Positions 36,939 to 46,005 of a DNA stretch of 64,000 bases are shown here, piece after piece. Source of the DNA: Thermoplasmata archaeon (GTDB taxonomy: Archaea > Thermoplasmatota > Thermoplasmata > Lutacidiplasmatales > UBA184). The notes below the pieces were generated by a model. It searched no databases. It was given only the letters and a program-made list of their open reading frames with translations, and was not told the DNA's origin. The stretch's first letter is position 1. Every line of letters begins with the position of its first letter. The DNA lies in NCBI GenBank assembly GCA_022750155.1, contig JAKIWG010000001.1:81138-145137 (forward strand). The letters are read 5' to 3'. A program made the position numbers and the translations under genes.

Positions 36939-39081
36939 CAGACTGGGCCTTGTCGAACTTCGACGAGGCGGGTCCCGCCTTGACAGCGACCTGCATGGCG
37001 ATCGGCTTGTTCTTCATCATGACGCGGGTGACGCCGGCCATGATCAGGCCCGCCGCGCTCGACTGGATGGAGACGTTGCCCGTGACGGACTGGGTGAACA
37101 GCCCGATCACGTTCGGGATCGACGTCAGCGTCGCGGGCGTCGCGATCGGCAGGGCGGTCGCCGGGGGCGGGGGGGGCGGCGGGGGCAGGAGCGTGGGCGG
37201 ACTCGTGGGGGTCGTCACGACCCACACCTGGCTCAGCGGGAAGGACTGGGTGACGATCGCGGTGCTCACCGGAAGTTCGTAGTTGGCCCAGGTGTAGACC
37301 CCGTCGACGGAGGCCGAGCCGGCGGCCTTGCAGATCACCGACACGCACGCATCTACCGGGACCTGACCGTACGGGGGTCCGGTGGCGACGACGTTGAAGG
37401 ACGCCGTCCACAGGTCCCCGGCGAACACCTTGTTCTCCGAGGCGACGGTGCTCCAGTTCCAGCCGTAGAACGTGTGGCCGCCCAGATGGATGATGGTCGG
37501 GGATTCCTGGCAATGGGGGGCGAAGCCGGAGGGGACTTGGCAGGCGACCTGGATCTGGGGAGACGGGGCGAGGGCGATGCTCGAGGCGGGCGCGAAGACG
37601 AACATCGGCTTGGCGGTCCCGTTCGCGATGAGTTGGCTGGTGACCGGGCCGAATCCGATGTTCGACATGGCCGCGAAGAGCGTCGGGTTCCCCGTGTTCG
37701 GGTGGTTGACCGGCCCGTGGGCTACGTACTGAAGGTCGCCGGACTGCCCGTCGGAGCAGGTGAAGAACGATGGCCCGTCCCACGTGCCGCCCGTGGCGGC
37801 GGCGATGTCGCAACCGGCCGTGAGGATCTTGTCGGCGTCGTTGACGACCGTGGCGCTCCCCGGACCATAGGCGACGCCCGCGGGGTTCGTTCTCTCCCAC
37901 CCGGAGGAGTACGGGTCGGTCGGCGTGTCCCAGAGGTCGAGGACGTCGATGGTGCACGTGCCGCCGATCGAGTCGGTGCACGAGGGGGCGTTACGGGCCA
38001 GGGCGGCGATCGAGTCGTTGGGGTTCCCGTCCTGCGGGTGGATCCAGCCCTCACAGCTCGGGCTGCGGGCGCCGCTCGAGAACTGGTAGGAAGGCTCGCA
38101 GGTGGGGGGGACGCAGTTCCACTCCGAGTCGAAGAACAGCCCCGAGGGGCTGGCGCAGTAGTTCTGGCTGTACGACGGGTCCCGCGGGGAGGTCGAACCC
38201 ATCCAGACCACGACGTGATGGGTGTTGGGCGACCAGCCGAGACCGCTCCCGACGAGCGCCCCATAGAGCGCGGAGATCGAGGAGGAGTGCAGGAAATTGT
38301 CCCCGAGGTCGACGTCGTGCTCGGTCCACCCTCCGGACAGGACGTTGTCCTGGAACTCCTGGGTCACGAGCCCCCCGAGGTCGGAACTCGGTACGAATTG
38401 GGAAATGTCGACATGGTACTGGGTCGAGTCACAGTCGTCCCAGTTGTCGCACGTGCCGAGGTAGTCGACCATGGCGAACGTGACGACGGTGTGGGGGTTG
38501 AGGTTCTGGATCTCTCCGGCCACCTGCCCCGCGTGCGCCACGAAGAACGGTACCCCGTTCGACTCCTCGCACGGGACGCCATTGGTCTGCGCCGCGCACT
38601 CGTCGTAGCCGCCTACGGGCCACTTCTCGAGGCCGTTCCCGTCCCCGTAAGGGTCCCAGACCCCGTCGTACGGGCTCGTTTCGACGACGAACACGATCTG
38701 GACCGCCGGCCACGTGAGCGGGCCCGGGGTGCCGGTGGCGGTGAGAGTGACCCGGCTCGTGCCCACCCCCGCAGAGCATGCGGAGGAACCGAGTACGCAG
38801 ATCTTCGCGGGAGCGGTCGCGATCCCGAGCTGGAGGCTCGCGACGGGCGAAGGGGTGGGAGTGACGAAGGTAGGCGCGGGAGCGGCAGGGTGCGATGACG
38901 CCGTGGCCACCGCGAGGGGCGCGTGGCCGGCACTGGAAGGGCCTGCGTGGGTAAACGCCCAGCCACCTAGCACGGTCAGCGTGACGGCGATCCCGATGAG
39001 ACCAAACCCGGACCGGCGGACAAAGCGACCCCGACGCCAGTGGAAAGCGGTACGCGAGGAAAGGCCGCCGGCGTCGGACAT
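36907..39081 (-). CDS. Cys-rich secreted protein with a divergent vWA-like domain
   Basis: N-terminal TM; VQIVFVVETS, VTFAMVDY and ALYGA...LGW.....VVVWMGS..P match vWA strand order; many Cys; poly-Pro linker; start re-called to ATG 39081. Confidence 0.65.
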   Translation of the reverse strand: MSDAGGLSSRTAFHWRRGRFVRRSGFGLIGIAVTLTVLGGWAFTHAGPSSAGHAPLAVATASSHPAAPAPTFVTPTPSPVASLQLGIATAPAKICVLGSSACSAGVGTSRVTLTATGTPGPLTWPAVQIVFVVETSPYDGVWDPYGDGNGLEKWPVGGYDECAAQTNGVPCEESNGVPFFVAHAGQVAGEIQNLNPHTVVTFAMVDYLGTCDNWDDCDSTQYHVDISQFVPSSDLGGLVTQEFQDNVLSGGWTEHDVDLGDNFLHSSSISALYGALVGSGLGWSPNTHHVVVWMGSTSPRDPSYSQNYCASPSGLFFDSEWNCVPPTCEPSYQFSSGARSPSCEGWIHPQDGNPNDSIAALARNAPSCTDSIGGTCTIDVLDLWDTPTDPYSSGWERTNPAGVAYGPGSATVVNDADKILTAGCDIAAATGGTWDGPSFFTCSDGQSGDLQYVAHGPVNHPNTGNPTLFAAMSNIGFGPVTSQLIANGTAKPMFVFAPASSIALAPSPQIQVACQVPSGFAPHCQESPTIIHLGGHTFYGWNWSTVASENKVFAGDLWTASFNVVATGPPYGQVPVDACVSVICKAAGSASVDGVYTWANYELPVSTAIVTQSFPLSQVWVVTTPTSPPTLLPPPPPPPPATALPIATPATLTSIPNVIGLFTQSVTGNVSIQSSAAGLIMAGVTRVMMKNKPIAMQVAVKAGPASSKFDKAQSDGGSSVGHFE

Positions 39082-39229
39082 TGCTGCTTCCGTCGCTCCG
39101 GGCGCGAACCCGGGGGCTTCCGGGAGGACGGCGACCCTCCCTTTAGAGGCGTCGCATCGATAGTTGGGGCTTGAGACAGGGTCTCGCGCGCTCCTCCGTA
39201 CCGGTTTCCCGTCGCGCGGCCGCATAGGC

Positions 39230-40228
39230 CTATCCGGGCGGAGGCGGAGGAGGGGGCGGTGGTTCGGGTGGAACGGAAGGGATAGGGATCGGGAACATCG
39301 GGGGGTTCAACGCGGTGGGTTCACCCATTCGGCCGGTCGCCAGGAACGAGTAGGGGTCGTCGGGCGCGAAGCGCGGAGCCGCCCCCGCCGGGATTGCGGG
39401 CGGCGCCTCTCGGGAGAGGAGCGCGTAGACGAGCGCCACCAGGCCCCCTATGAGGATCAGACCCCATTGCAGCGCGTTCGCCACCTCGGGGTTGAGCAGG
39501 GTCAGGAACGCGGTGGCGTCGTGGGCTCCGTGAAGGAGCGCCGGCACGACGAGGTTCCCACCGGAGTACCGCACGATGCACGCGAAGGCGAGGCCGAGGA
39601 GGAACAGCTCGGAGTATGGGATGGGAGAGACGGGTCCGTACGTGATCCCGTAGTACGCGTGAACGCCGGCGAACATCGCGCTCGTCCAGACGGCGTGAAC
39701 CTCCCAGGAGCGAGTCCCTTTTGCGAGCCAGTAGCCGAAGACCCATCCCCGGAAGATGACTTCCTCGACGAGCCCGATCACGAACGAGAACGCCACCCAG
39801 AACCACGGGTCGGACGCCGCCGACTGCAGCGCAGGATTCGGCCGCTCCAGGAATCGGATCGCCCCCGGATCCAGGACCTGGTAGATCACGGCGAGGGCGA
39901 GGACGACCCCGAGCGAGAGGATCGAGAGGGCACCGTACCAGCGCAGCCCCTGCACGAGGGCGGGGACCGGGTGGGCGAAGGCACGACGCAGCGGTCCGAA
40001 CCCCACGAGCCCGAGGAAGGAGGCGATCGGGACGCCGTAGACGACGAGCAGGTCCCCGAGCGCGTCGCGGTAGACCGGGCGCAGCGCCGGGATCAGCTGC
40101 GGGAGAAAGTACTGGCTCAGTATGGCGAAGACCGTGAGCGCGACCGCTGCCACGTAGCGCTCCAGTCCTCCGAGCGCCGTGCCGTAGCCGCCCTCCGGGC
40201 TCGGGGTCTCGAGCTGGGAGACCTCCAC
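39230..40228 (-). CDS. CPBP (CAAX/Rce1-like) intramembrane glutamic protease
   Basis: EEVIFRG, FAGVH and HGAHD motifs; multiple TMs; poly-Pro tail; start re-called to GTG 40228. Confidence 0.9.
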   Translation of the reverse strand: MEVSQLETPSPEGGYGTALGGLERYVAAVALTVFAILSQYFLPQLIPALRPVYRDALGDLLVVYGVPIASFLGLVGFGPLRRAFAHPVPALVQGLRWYGALSILSLGVVLALAVIYQVLDPGAIRFLERPNPALQSAASDPWFWVAFSFVIGLVEEVIFRGWVFGYWLAKGTRSWEVHAVWTSAMFAGVHAYYGITYGPVSPIPYSELFLLGLAFACIVRYSGGNLVVPALLHGAHDATAFLTLLNPEVANALQWGLILIGGLVALVYALLSREAPPAIPAGAAPRFAPDDPYSFLATGRMGEPTALNPPMFPIPIPSVPPEPPPPPPPPPG

Positions 40229-40286
40229 CGCCGGCGGACCGCCCGACCGTACATATGGGTTGGGCGAATGGAGGGGCCGAGGCGCA

Positions 40287-42116
40287 TTGGAGATCGCGGT
40301 CCTGCTGAAGGTCGTCCCGGCGACGGACGCGATGCGCTTCGATCCGGTCCTACGGGCCGCAATTCGCGAGGGGGTCCCGTTGTTCCCGAACCCGTTCGAC
40401 CAGCGGGCGCTACGGGTCGCGCTCGAGATGCGGCGACCCGGGGAGTCGGTCACCGTGCTCTCCATGGGACCCCCGTCGACGGAGCCTGCGCTGCGCGAGT
40501 CCCTCGAGCTGGGCGCCGACCGCGTCGTGCTGATCACCGACCCGAGGCTCGCCGGATCCGACACCCTCGCGAGCGCTCGCGCGCTCGTGCGCGGTCTCGG
40601 GAGGACGGGCCACTCGCTGGTACTCACGGGACGCTCGAGCACCGATTCCGACACCGGACAGCTCCCCGCGGAGGTCGCCGGACTGTTGGGGGTCCCCATC
40701 GTCTCCTCCGCACTCCGCATCCTGCGCGACGTGGACGGGGACGGGCTCGAGGTGGTCGGGGAGACCGATCAGGGTTCGGCGCGCTTTTGCGTGGAGCCCC
40801 CCGTGGTCGTGAGCGTCGGGGAGAAGATCGCCAAGCCGCTCCGGCCCACCCCCGAACAGGTGGACGCCGGACGGATGCGGGCAGTGGAGCGCTGGTCCCT
40901 CTCGGACATCGGCCTCGACCCACGGAGCGTCGGGTTCGAGGGGTCGCCTACGAGCGTCCTCTCGCTCGCGAGCCCCGCCCCCACGCGGCGCGGGGTGGTC
41001 TTCGACACCGGTTCCGTCGACGAGCGGGTCGCCTCCGCTCTCCGCGAGCTCCCCGAAGCGGCGTGGGGGAGCGCGGCGTCCGCCCCGATCCGGGCGTTGG
41101 CTGCCGATGGCCGGCCGCTCGACCAACACGAGATGTGCGTCCTGGTCACGGGAGCGGACGGGCACCTCGAGCCCTCGGCCCTGCCCCTGGCCTCGGGACT
41201 CTCCGCCTCCGTCTCCCCCGGTTGGTCGTCGGCGATATGGGTCGGGGCTCCCCCGACGACCGGCGAACTCGCGATGCTGGAAGGAGCCGGGCTCCTTCGG
41301 GGATACCAGATACTTCTCGACCCAGCACGTCTCGACTCGCGTTCGGTGGCCCTGGCCGTCCAGCGGGTCCTCGAGGAGCGCGAGGCGGCGGCCGCGGGGG
41401 CCTTCCTATCGAGCACGTTCGGACGGGAGGTCGCTGGCCAGGTGGCGGCCCGGGTGGGTCTCGGCCTCATCGGGGATGCGGTCGGAGTGGAGCGGAACCC
41501 TGCCGGCGAGCTCCTCTGGTCGAAGCCGGCCTTCGGCGGCGGGGCCGTCGCGACGATCCGATCGAGGACCCGACCGAGCCTCGCCACGATCCGGGACGGT
41601 GTGTTTCCGAACGCCGCGGGCGGAGGCCCACCGGGAGCGCTTTCGTGGGAGGAACTCCCGTTCGACCCGCCGGGGTCGTCGCTGCAACTTCTCGAGCGGA
41701 CGAGCGAGGCCGACCCGGAGTTCGGTGACCTGTCGAGGTCCTCGACGGTCGTCTGCGTGGGGCGAGGGATCGGCGGTCCGGAAGAGATCGGCGCGCTGCG
41801 ACCCTGGCTGACCCAGATCGGCGCCGCCCTCGCGGCCACGAGAAAGGTCGTCGATGCCGGCTGGGTGCGACGCCACCGTCAGGCCGGGCTCACCGGGCGG
41901 ACGCTGGCGCCGGCCCTGGTCATCCTCCTCGGGGTCCACGGGGCGCCCAACCAGATGGTCGCCTGGCGTCGCGCCGGGGCGATCCTCGCCGTCGATCCCG
42001 ACCGGAACGCGCCCGTGTTCCGGCAGGCGGACGTAGGGGTTGTCGGGACCTGGCAGGAGGTCCTGCCGGTCCTGAGAGCGAAGCTCACTCTTCTTCGGGC
42101 ACGGGTACCGGGGTGA
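40287..42116 (+). CDS. Fused electron transfer flavoprotein beta-alpha
   Basis: N-half LKVVP, NPFD..AL, LAGSDTLA, D.DTGQ; C-half KPAFGG, VGRGIG, ATRKVVDAGW, Q.GLTG; TTG start 40287. Confidence 0.88.
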   Translation: MEIAVLLKVVPATDAMRFDPVLRAAIREGVPLFPNPFDQRALRVALEMRRPGESVTVLSMGPPSTEPALRESLELGADRVVLITDPRLAGSDTLASARALVRGLGRTGHSLVLTGRSSTDSDTGQLPAEVAGLLGVPIVSSALRILRDVDGDGLEVVGETDQGSARFCVEPPVVVSVGEKIAKPLRPTPEQVDAGRMRAVERWSLSDIGLDPRSVGFEGSPTSVLSLASPAPTRRGVVFDTGSVDERVASALRELPEAAWGSAASAPIRALAADGRPLDQHEMCVLVTGADGHLEPSALPLASGLSASVSPGWSSAIWVGAPPTTGELAMLEGAGLLRGYQILLDPARLDSRSVALAVQRVLEEREAAAAGAFLSSTFGREVAGQVAARVGLGLIGDAVGVERNPAGELLWSKPAFGGGAVATIRSRTRPSLATIRDGVFPNAAGGGPPGALSWEELPFDPPGSSLQLLERTSEADPEFGDLSRSSTVVCVGRGIGGPEEIGALRPWLTQIGAALAATRKVVDAGWVRRHRQAGLTGRTLAPALVILLGVHGAPNQMVAWRRAGAILAVDPDRNAPVFRQADVGVVGTWQEVLPVLRAKLTLLRARVPG

Positions 42117-42327
42117 TCCCCAGGGTCCGCTCGGCCGCGGAGAGGCACGCGAGCAGGTCCTCGAGGGTCGCCCGGGCCTGACGGGGCTCCTCCGACCTCA
42201 CCGCGAACCGCAACTCCGAGCCGTCCCGCTCGGCGTGCACGTACCCGGCCTGGTCCGCCTCGAGCGCCCGGAGGAGCCGTTCGGCCACCTCCTCGGAGGC
42301 GTACCTCCGCCGGAGCCGCACGCTCAC
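42085..42327 (-). CDS. pcc1: KEOPS complex subunit Pcc1
   Basis: 80 aa with A..L..AL..D, L.F.V.S, RATL.DLL..L.AA; GTG overlaps the DUF1028 TGA. Confidence 0.75.
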   Translation of the reverse strand: MSVRLRRRYASEEVAERLLRALEADQAGYVHAERDGSELRFAVRSEEPRQARATLEDLLACLSAAERTLGITPVPVPEEE

Positions 42328-43364
42328 GGCGGGGTCGACCGATGCTCCGTGCGTTTCTTCCCGCCCCCCGATGGGCTTCCCCCTCCGGGGAGCGACCCAG
42401 GACCCTTCGAGAGTGCGCCGGGGATCATCGGGGCCGTACCGGTACGGCGCGTCGACTCCGCCTGGGCGCGTTCCTCGAGATAGCGGAGGACCGACGGCCA
42501 GACCGTGCCGTCGGTGCGGGCCTTGTTCTCGAAATTGTGTTCGTTCAGGAACTTGGCGAACGCCGCCTCCGTGGGGGGATCCCAGCTCGCTGTCGGACGA
42601 CCGGAGTAGAACCCCAACAGCTCCAGGTGGTGCTGGAGCAAGCGCGCGACGTCCCCCTCCACCTTGACGAGCGTCGCCGGGTCCTCCCGGCTCAGCATCG
42701 TCAGGTCGTAGAGCCGGAAGACCCGCTTGAGCTCCTCGATCGGGGCCGGATGGTCGTCGACCCGGACATCGACCCACCGGTCGCTCCCCTCGTCGTACCC
42801 CCCCCGTTCCCGCACGATGAGGAGCGCGGCCGATTGCATCCCGCGCCGGTCCCCGCCCTCCCTCTGGGCGGCCGAGAGGGCGGCGAGCAGCCGCTCCGGA
42901 AGATCCCCCGGCGTCGACTCGTACGCGCGCGCCATGGCGCTCACGACCCTCGGTCCGAACAGGATGTTCCCCTGGCAGGCGAACCCGTCCCCCGTCTCGT
43001 GACCGGCCCACTCCATGCACTCCTTGCCGGTGAACGACGCCGACCCCCCCCGGGCGTCGACCACGCCCAACTGCCGGTGGTCGCGTTTCGCGTCGGCCTG
43101 GGTGAGGGTCCGCACGACCTCCTCGGCGGAGCGCCCCTTCTGGAGGAGCGCCAGCCCGTCCGGCCCGTAGGCGACGTTCGCGAACGCCTGGGTCGCGATC
43201 GCCCCTACCCCGGCGCGGCCCCACGGGACGACGGCGCCGACGGAGATGAACTTCGACTGGACCGCGACGCCCCACTCGGCGCGCTCCCGGTCGTGGGCGA
43301 CGATCGAGAAGGTACCGAAGCGGGGCGGCGAATCCATCGCCCGCTCCCACGCCGGTGCCGCCAT
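42324..43364 (-). CDS. DUF1028 Ntn-hydrolase-like protein with C-terminal PG-binding-like domain
   Basis: GTFSIVA.D, RQLGVVD, QGNIL, GGDRRG.QSAAL, D.RVDDH..P..EL; alternative start at MDSPP. Confidence 0.88.
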   Translation of the reverse strand: MAAPAWERAMDSPPRFGTFSIVAHDRERAEWGVAVQSKFISVGAVVPWGRAGVGAIATQAFANVAYGPDGLALLQKGRSAEEVVRTLTQADAKRDHRQLGVVDARGGSASFTGKECMEWAGHETGDGFACQGNILFGPRVVSAMARAYESTPGDLPERLLAALSAAQREGGDRRGMQSAALLIVRERGGYDEGSDRWVDVRVDDHPAPIEELKRVFRLYDLTMLSREDPATLVKVEGDVARLLQHHLELLGFYSGRPTASWDPPTEAAFAKFLNEHNFENKARTDGTVWPSVLRYLEERAQAESTRRTGTAPMIPGALSKGPGSLPGGGSPSGGGKKRTEHRSTPP

Positions 43365-43912
43365 TAAACCTCGCGGGGAGGGGAGCCCGTCTGTTCCAAC
43401 GCCTCGAGCGCGGTGTGGACCTGGTCGACCAGGCGACGCGCACGCCCGCGATCGCCGGCCCGGTACGCGGCCTCCGCCTCATGGAGGGCGGGCAGGAGAG
43501 GCTGAACGTCGTACCCGTCGGAGCGTCGGACCTCCCAGAGCCGCTCGACGATCAGCATCCGGTTGGCGAGCGGTTCCTCTTCGCGGGGCGGAGGGGAGCC
43601 CCGCGCTCCCCGGGGGACGTAGCCCACGAGTCCCCGAGGGAACTCGGTCAGCTCGGTCTCCTCCCCGAGCCGGTCCAGCTGGGCGTCGGCGTCAAGCAGC
43701 GCGCGTTCGGCATCCGGGAGTGCCCCACGTTCGAGGGCCTTCTCCGCCGTCGCGAGGCGCTCGGCCACCGAGGCCCGTATCGGTTCCGGGATCCCCCCGG
43801 CGGCGAGGCGGTGGCGGACCCCGCTCAGGTACCCGTGGAGCGCGTCCTCGGTGAGCGGACCGCCCGAGGGCGGTTCGTCCGATGGCGCCGATGGATTACG
43901 CCGGGTCGGCAC
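43364..43912 (-). CDS. Hypothetical alpha-helical protein
   Basis: Overlap-coupled on both sides; amphipathic helices around EFPRGLVGYVP; start re-called to GTG 43912. Confidence 0.65.
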   Translation of the reverse strand: MPTRRNPSAPSDEPPSGGPLTEDALHGYLSGVRHRLAAGGIPEPIRASVAERLATAEKALERGALPDAERALLDADAQLDRLGEETELTEFPRGLVGYVPRGARGSPPPREEEPLANRMLIVERLWEVRRSDGYDVQPLLPALHEAEAAYRAGDRGRARRLVDQVHTALEALEQTGSPPREV

Positions 43913-44537
43913 CGGCTTCGGCCTGGGCCGGCGCGGCCGCCGGACGCGCGGTAGCGGGGACGGTCGGGCCGGGGACCCGCTCGTGCACCGCCGTCCAGAG
44001 GCGGTCGATCGGGGTCCAGAACGACGGGCCCGGGCCCTCGGCGACGAACGCGCTGGCCGCGGCGTCCACATCGCCCTGAAGGTCGTCGAGCGCGACGGAG
44101 TGGGTCCTTGCCCAGTCGAGCGTGGCGCGGGCCAGCGCGAGCTGGAGCTCGGCGAAGTGGCGGAGCTGCTTCGCCTCGCGGTCGGGCGGGGCGAGGGCGT
44201 TGTCCGGGTTCCAACTCGGGGGCATCGGGGCGGGGATCGCCACGCGCAGCTCGCGGAACGGGGAGGGCATCGTCGGCCACCGCGGCTCGGCGAATCGGAC
44301 TGAAAGCTGGTCGAGGGCGGTGATCGCGTTCGGGTAATCCCCCTCGGAGTATTTCGTCTCGGCCCGCAGGAAGGGTCCGGTCAGGTCCGGGGAGAGGTTC
44401 TTCTTCCACAGGTCGAGCTGGAGGGCGACCCTCGCCGGCGCGAGCCGTCGAAGGACCGCGCGTCCCGGGTCGTCCTTCGGGGGGGCCGGGGCCGGGGCGG
44501 CGTCGACCTCGGGGGGTCGGTTCGGGGCGCCGGGCAT
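43896..44537 (-). CDS. Hypothetical protein
   Basis: GGAGG upstream of the ATG; protein-like composition with RFAEPRWPTMP.PF..LR core. Confidence 0.7.
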   Translation of the reverse strand: MPGAPNRPPEVDAAPAPAPPKDDPGRAVLRRLAPARVALQLDLWKKNLSPDLTGPFLRAETKYSEGDYPNAITALDQLSVRFAEPRWPTMPSPFRELRVAIPAPMPPSWNPDNALAPPDREAKQLRHFAELQLALARATLDWARTHSVALDDLQGDVDAAASAFVAEGPGPSFWTPIDRLWTAVHERVPGPTVPATARPAAAPAQAEAGADPA

Positions 44538-44551
44538 CGTTCGGCCGCCTC

Positions 44552-45745
44552 CTAGATGAACGCCTCGAATTCCTTCGTGATGTCCGGGTACTTGTCACGA
44601 ACGGCCTTCAAGATGTTGTGGACCGTGAGCTTCTCGAGCTTGACGCCCTGGAGCGCGTCGATGACCTTGTCGAACGTCTCGTCGGAGAGCGAGCAGAGCT
44701 TCTCCTTCGCGAGCCAGTTCCGGTAGAGCTTCTCCTCGAGCCGGGCGCGCCAGCGCCGCTCGTACTCCTGGAAGAACTCCTTCGTGGGGGTCCCGGCCGC
44801 GGCCGCCTTGGAGGCGACCTCCCCGCAGATCTTGCCGGCGATGCACCCGTTGGCGATCCCCCCGCCCGTGAGGGGGTCGATCATCCGGGCCGCGTCCCCG
44901 ACGAGCATGAACCCGTCGGTGACGGTCTGCTTGAGCGGGGGGGAGATGGAGACCCCACCCCCGACGACGTCGATCTTCTTGCCCTTGGAGTAGCCCGGGT
45001 GCTTCTCGATCCAGGCGTCGAGGTACTTGCGCGCCTCGGCCATCCCGCGGATCTGGGAGAGCTGCACGCCGATCCCGACGTTCGCCAGCCCGTCGGCCTT
45101 CGGGAAGATCCATACGTAGCCGCCCGGGGCGACCTTGCCCAGGTAGAAGTCGCAATATCGCACGTCGCAGTCGACGTTCGTCATCCGGTACTGCAGGCAC
45201 GAGTCCATGTCCCGGAGGGCCAGGTTCGTGGGGATGCCGGCCCATCGGCCGATCTGCGACTCGAACCCGTCCGCCCCGATCGTGACCGGGGCGCGGATCT
45301 CGAACGGCTCCCCGAACTGCTTCGCGCGGACCCCGACGATCTTCCCGTTCTCCTTCAGGACGCCGGTCGCCGCGGTCTTGAGCAGGATCTCGGCCCCGGC
45401 GTTGCCCGCGTCGATCGCGAGCTGCTTGTCGAAGGCGTCCCGCTCGACGACGTAGCCGACCTCGTTGCCGGCGTGGCGCTCGTTGATCTCGAGCACCTTT
45501 TCCGACGGGGAGAAGATCCGGGCCCCCTCGACCTCGACGTTGATCCAGCGCGTGGAGGGCTTGATCTCGACCTCGTTGAGCCAGTCCTTGCTCATCCCCT
45601 CGCCGCACCGTACGGGGCTGCCGATCTCCTGGCGCTTCTCGATCATGAGCACCTTGGCCCCGTGCTTGGCGGCCCACTTGGCCGTCATCGCCCCGGCCGG
45701 TCCGGCGCCCACCACGAGCACGTCGGTCTTCAGGTCCTGAACCAT
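44552..45745 (-). CDS. Digeranylgeranylglycerophospholipid (geranylgeranyl) reductase
   Basis: VVGAGPAG, PVRCGE, R..FDK.LA, GADG, PGGYVWIFP, VGDAA...DPLTGGGI. Confidence 0.93.
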   Translation of the reverse strand: MVQDLKTDVLVVGAGPAGAMTAKWAAKHGAKVLMIEKRQEIGSPVRCGEGMSKDWLNEVEIKPSTRWINVEVEGARIFSPSEKVLEINERHAGNEVGYVVERDAFDKQLAIDAGNAGAEILLKTAATGVLKENGKIVGVRAKQFGEPFEIRAPVTIGADGFESQIGRWAGIPTNLALRDMDSCLQYRMTNVDCDVRYCDFYLGKVAPGGYVWIFPKADGLANVGIGVQLSQIRGMAEARKYLDAWIEKHPGYSKGKKIDVVGGGVSISPPLKQTVTDGFMLVGDAARMIDPLTGGGIANGCIAGKICGEVASKAAAAGTPTKEFFQEYERRWRARLEEKLYRNWLAKEKLCSLSDETFDKVIDALQGVKLEKLTVHNILKAVRDKYPDITKEFEAFI

Positions 45746-45779
45746 CGGTGTTCCCCCCGTGATCCGCGTGGACGGCGGC

Positions 45780-45971
45780 TCAGCCGATCTCGATGGCGCC
45801 GACCGGGCAGGCCTTCACGCAGATCTCGCAGCGGGTGCAGATGCGCTCGTCGAAGGTGATGCGCGTCTCGTCGAGATAGACGCAGTTGAGCGGGCAGACG
45901 CCGACGCAGGCGCCGCAGTACACGCAGAGCTGTCCGCTTGATTCGATGTGGAGGCTCTTCTTGTTCGGCAC
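45780..45971 (-). CDS. 2x[4Fe-4S] ferredoxin
   Basis: CVYCGACVGVCP and CTRCEICVKACP. Confidence 0.93.
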   Translation of the reverse strand: MPNKKSLHIESSGQLCVYCGACVGVCPLNCVYLDETRITFDERICTRCEICVKACPVGAIEIG

Positions 45972-46005
45972 CCAACGCCTCCCCGTCGCACGGGGGCGGG
46001 CGATA

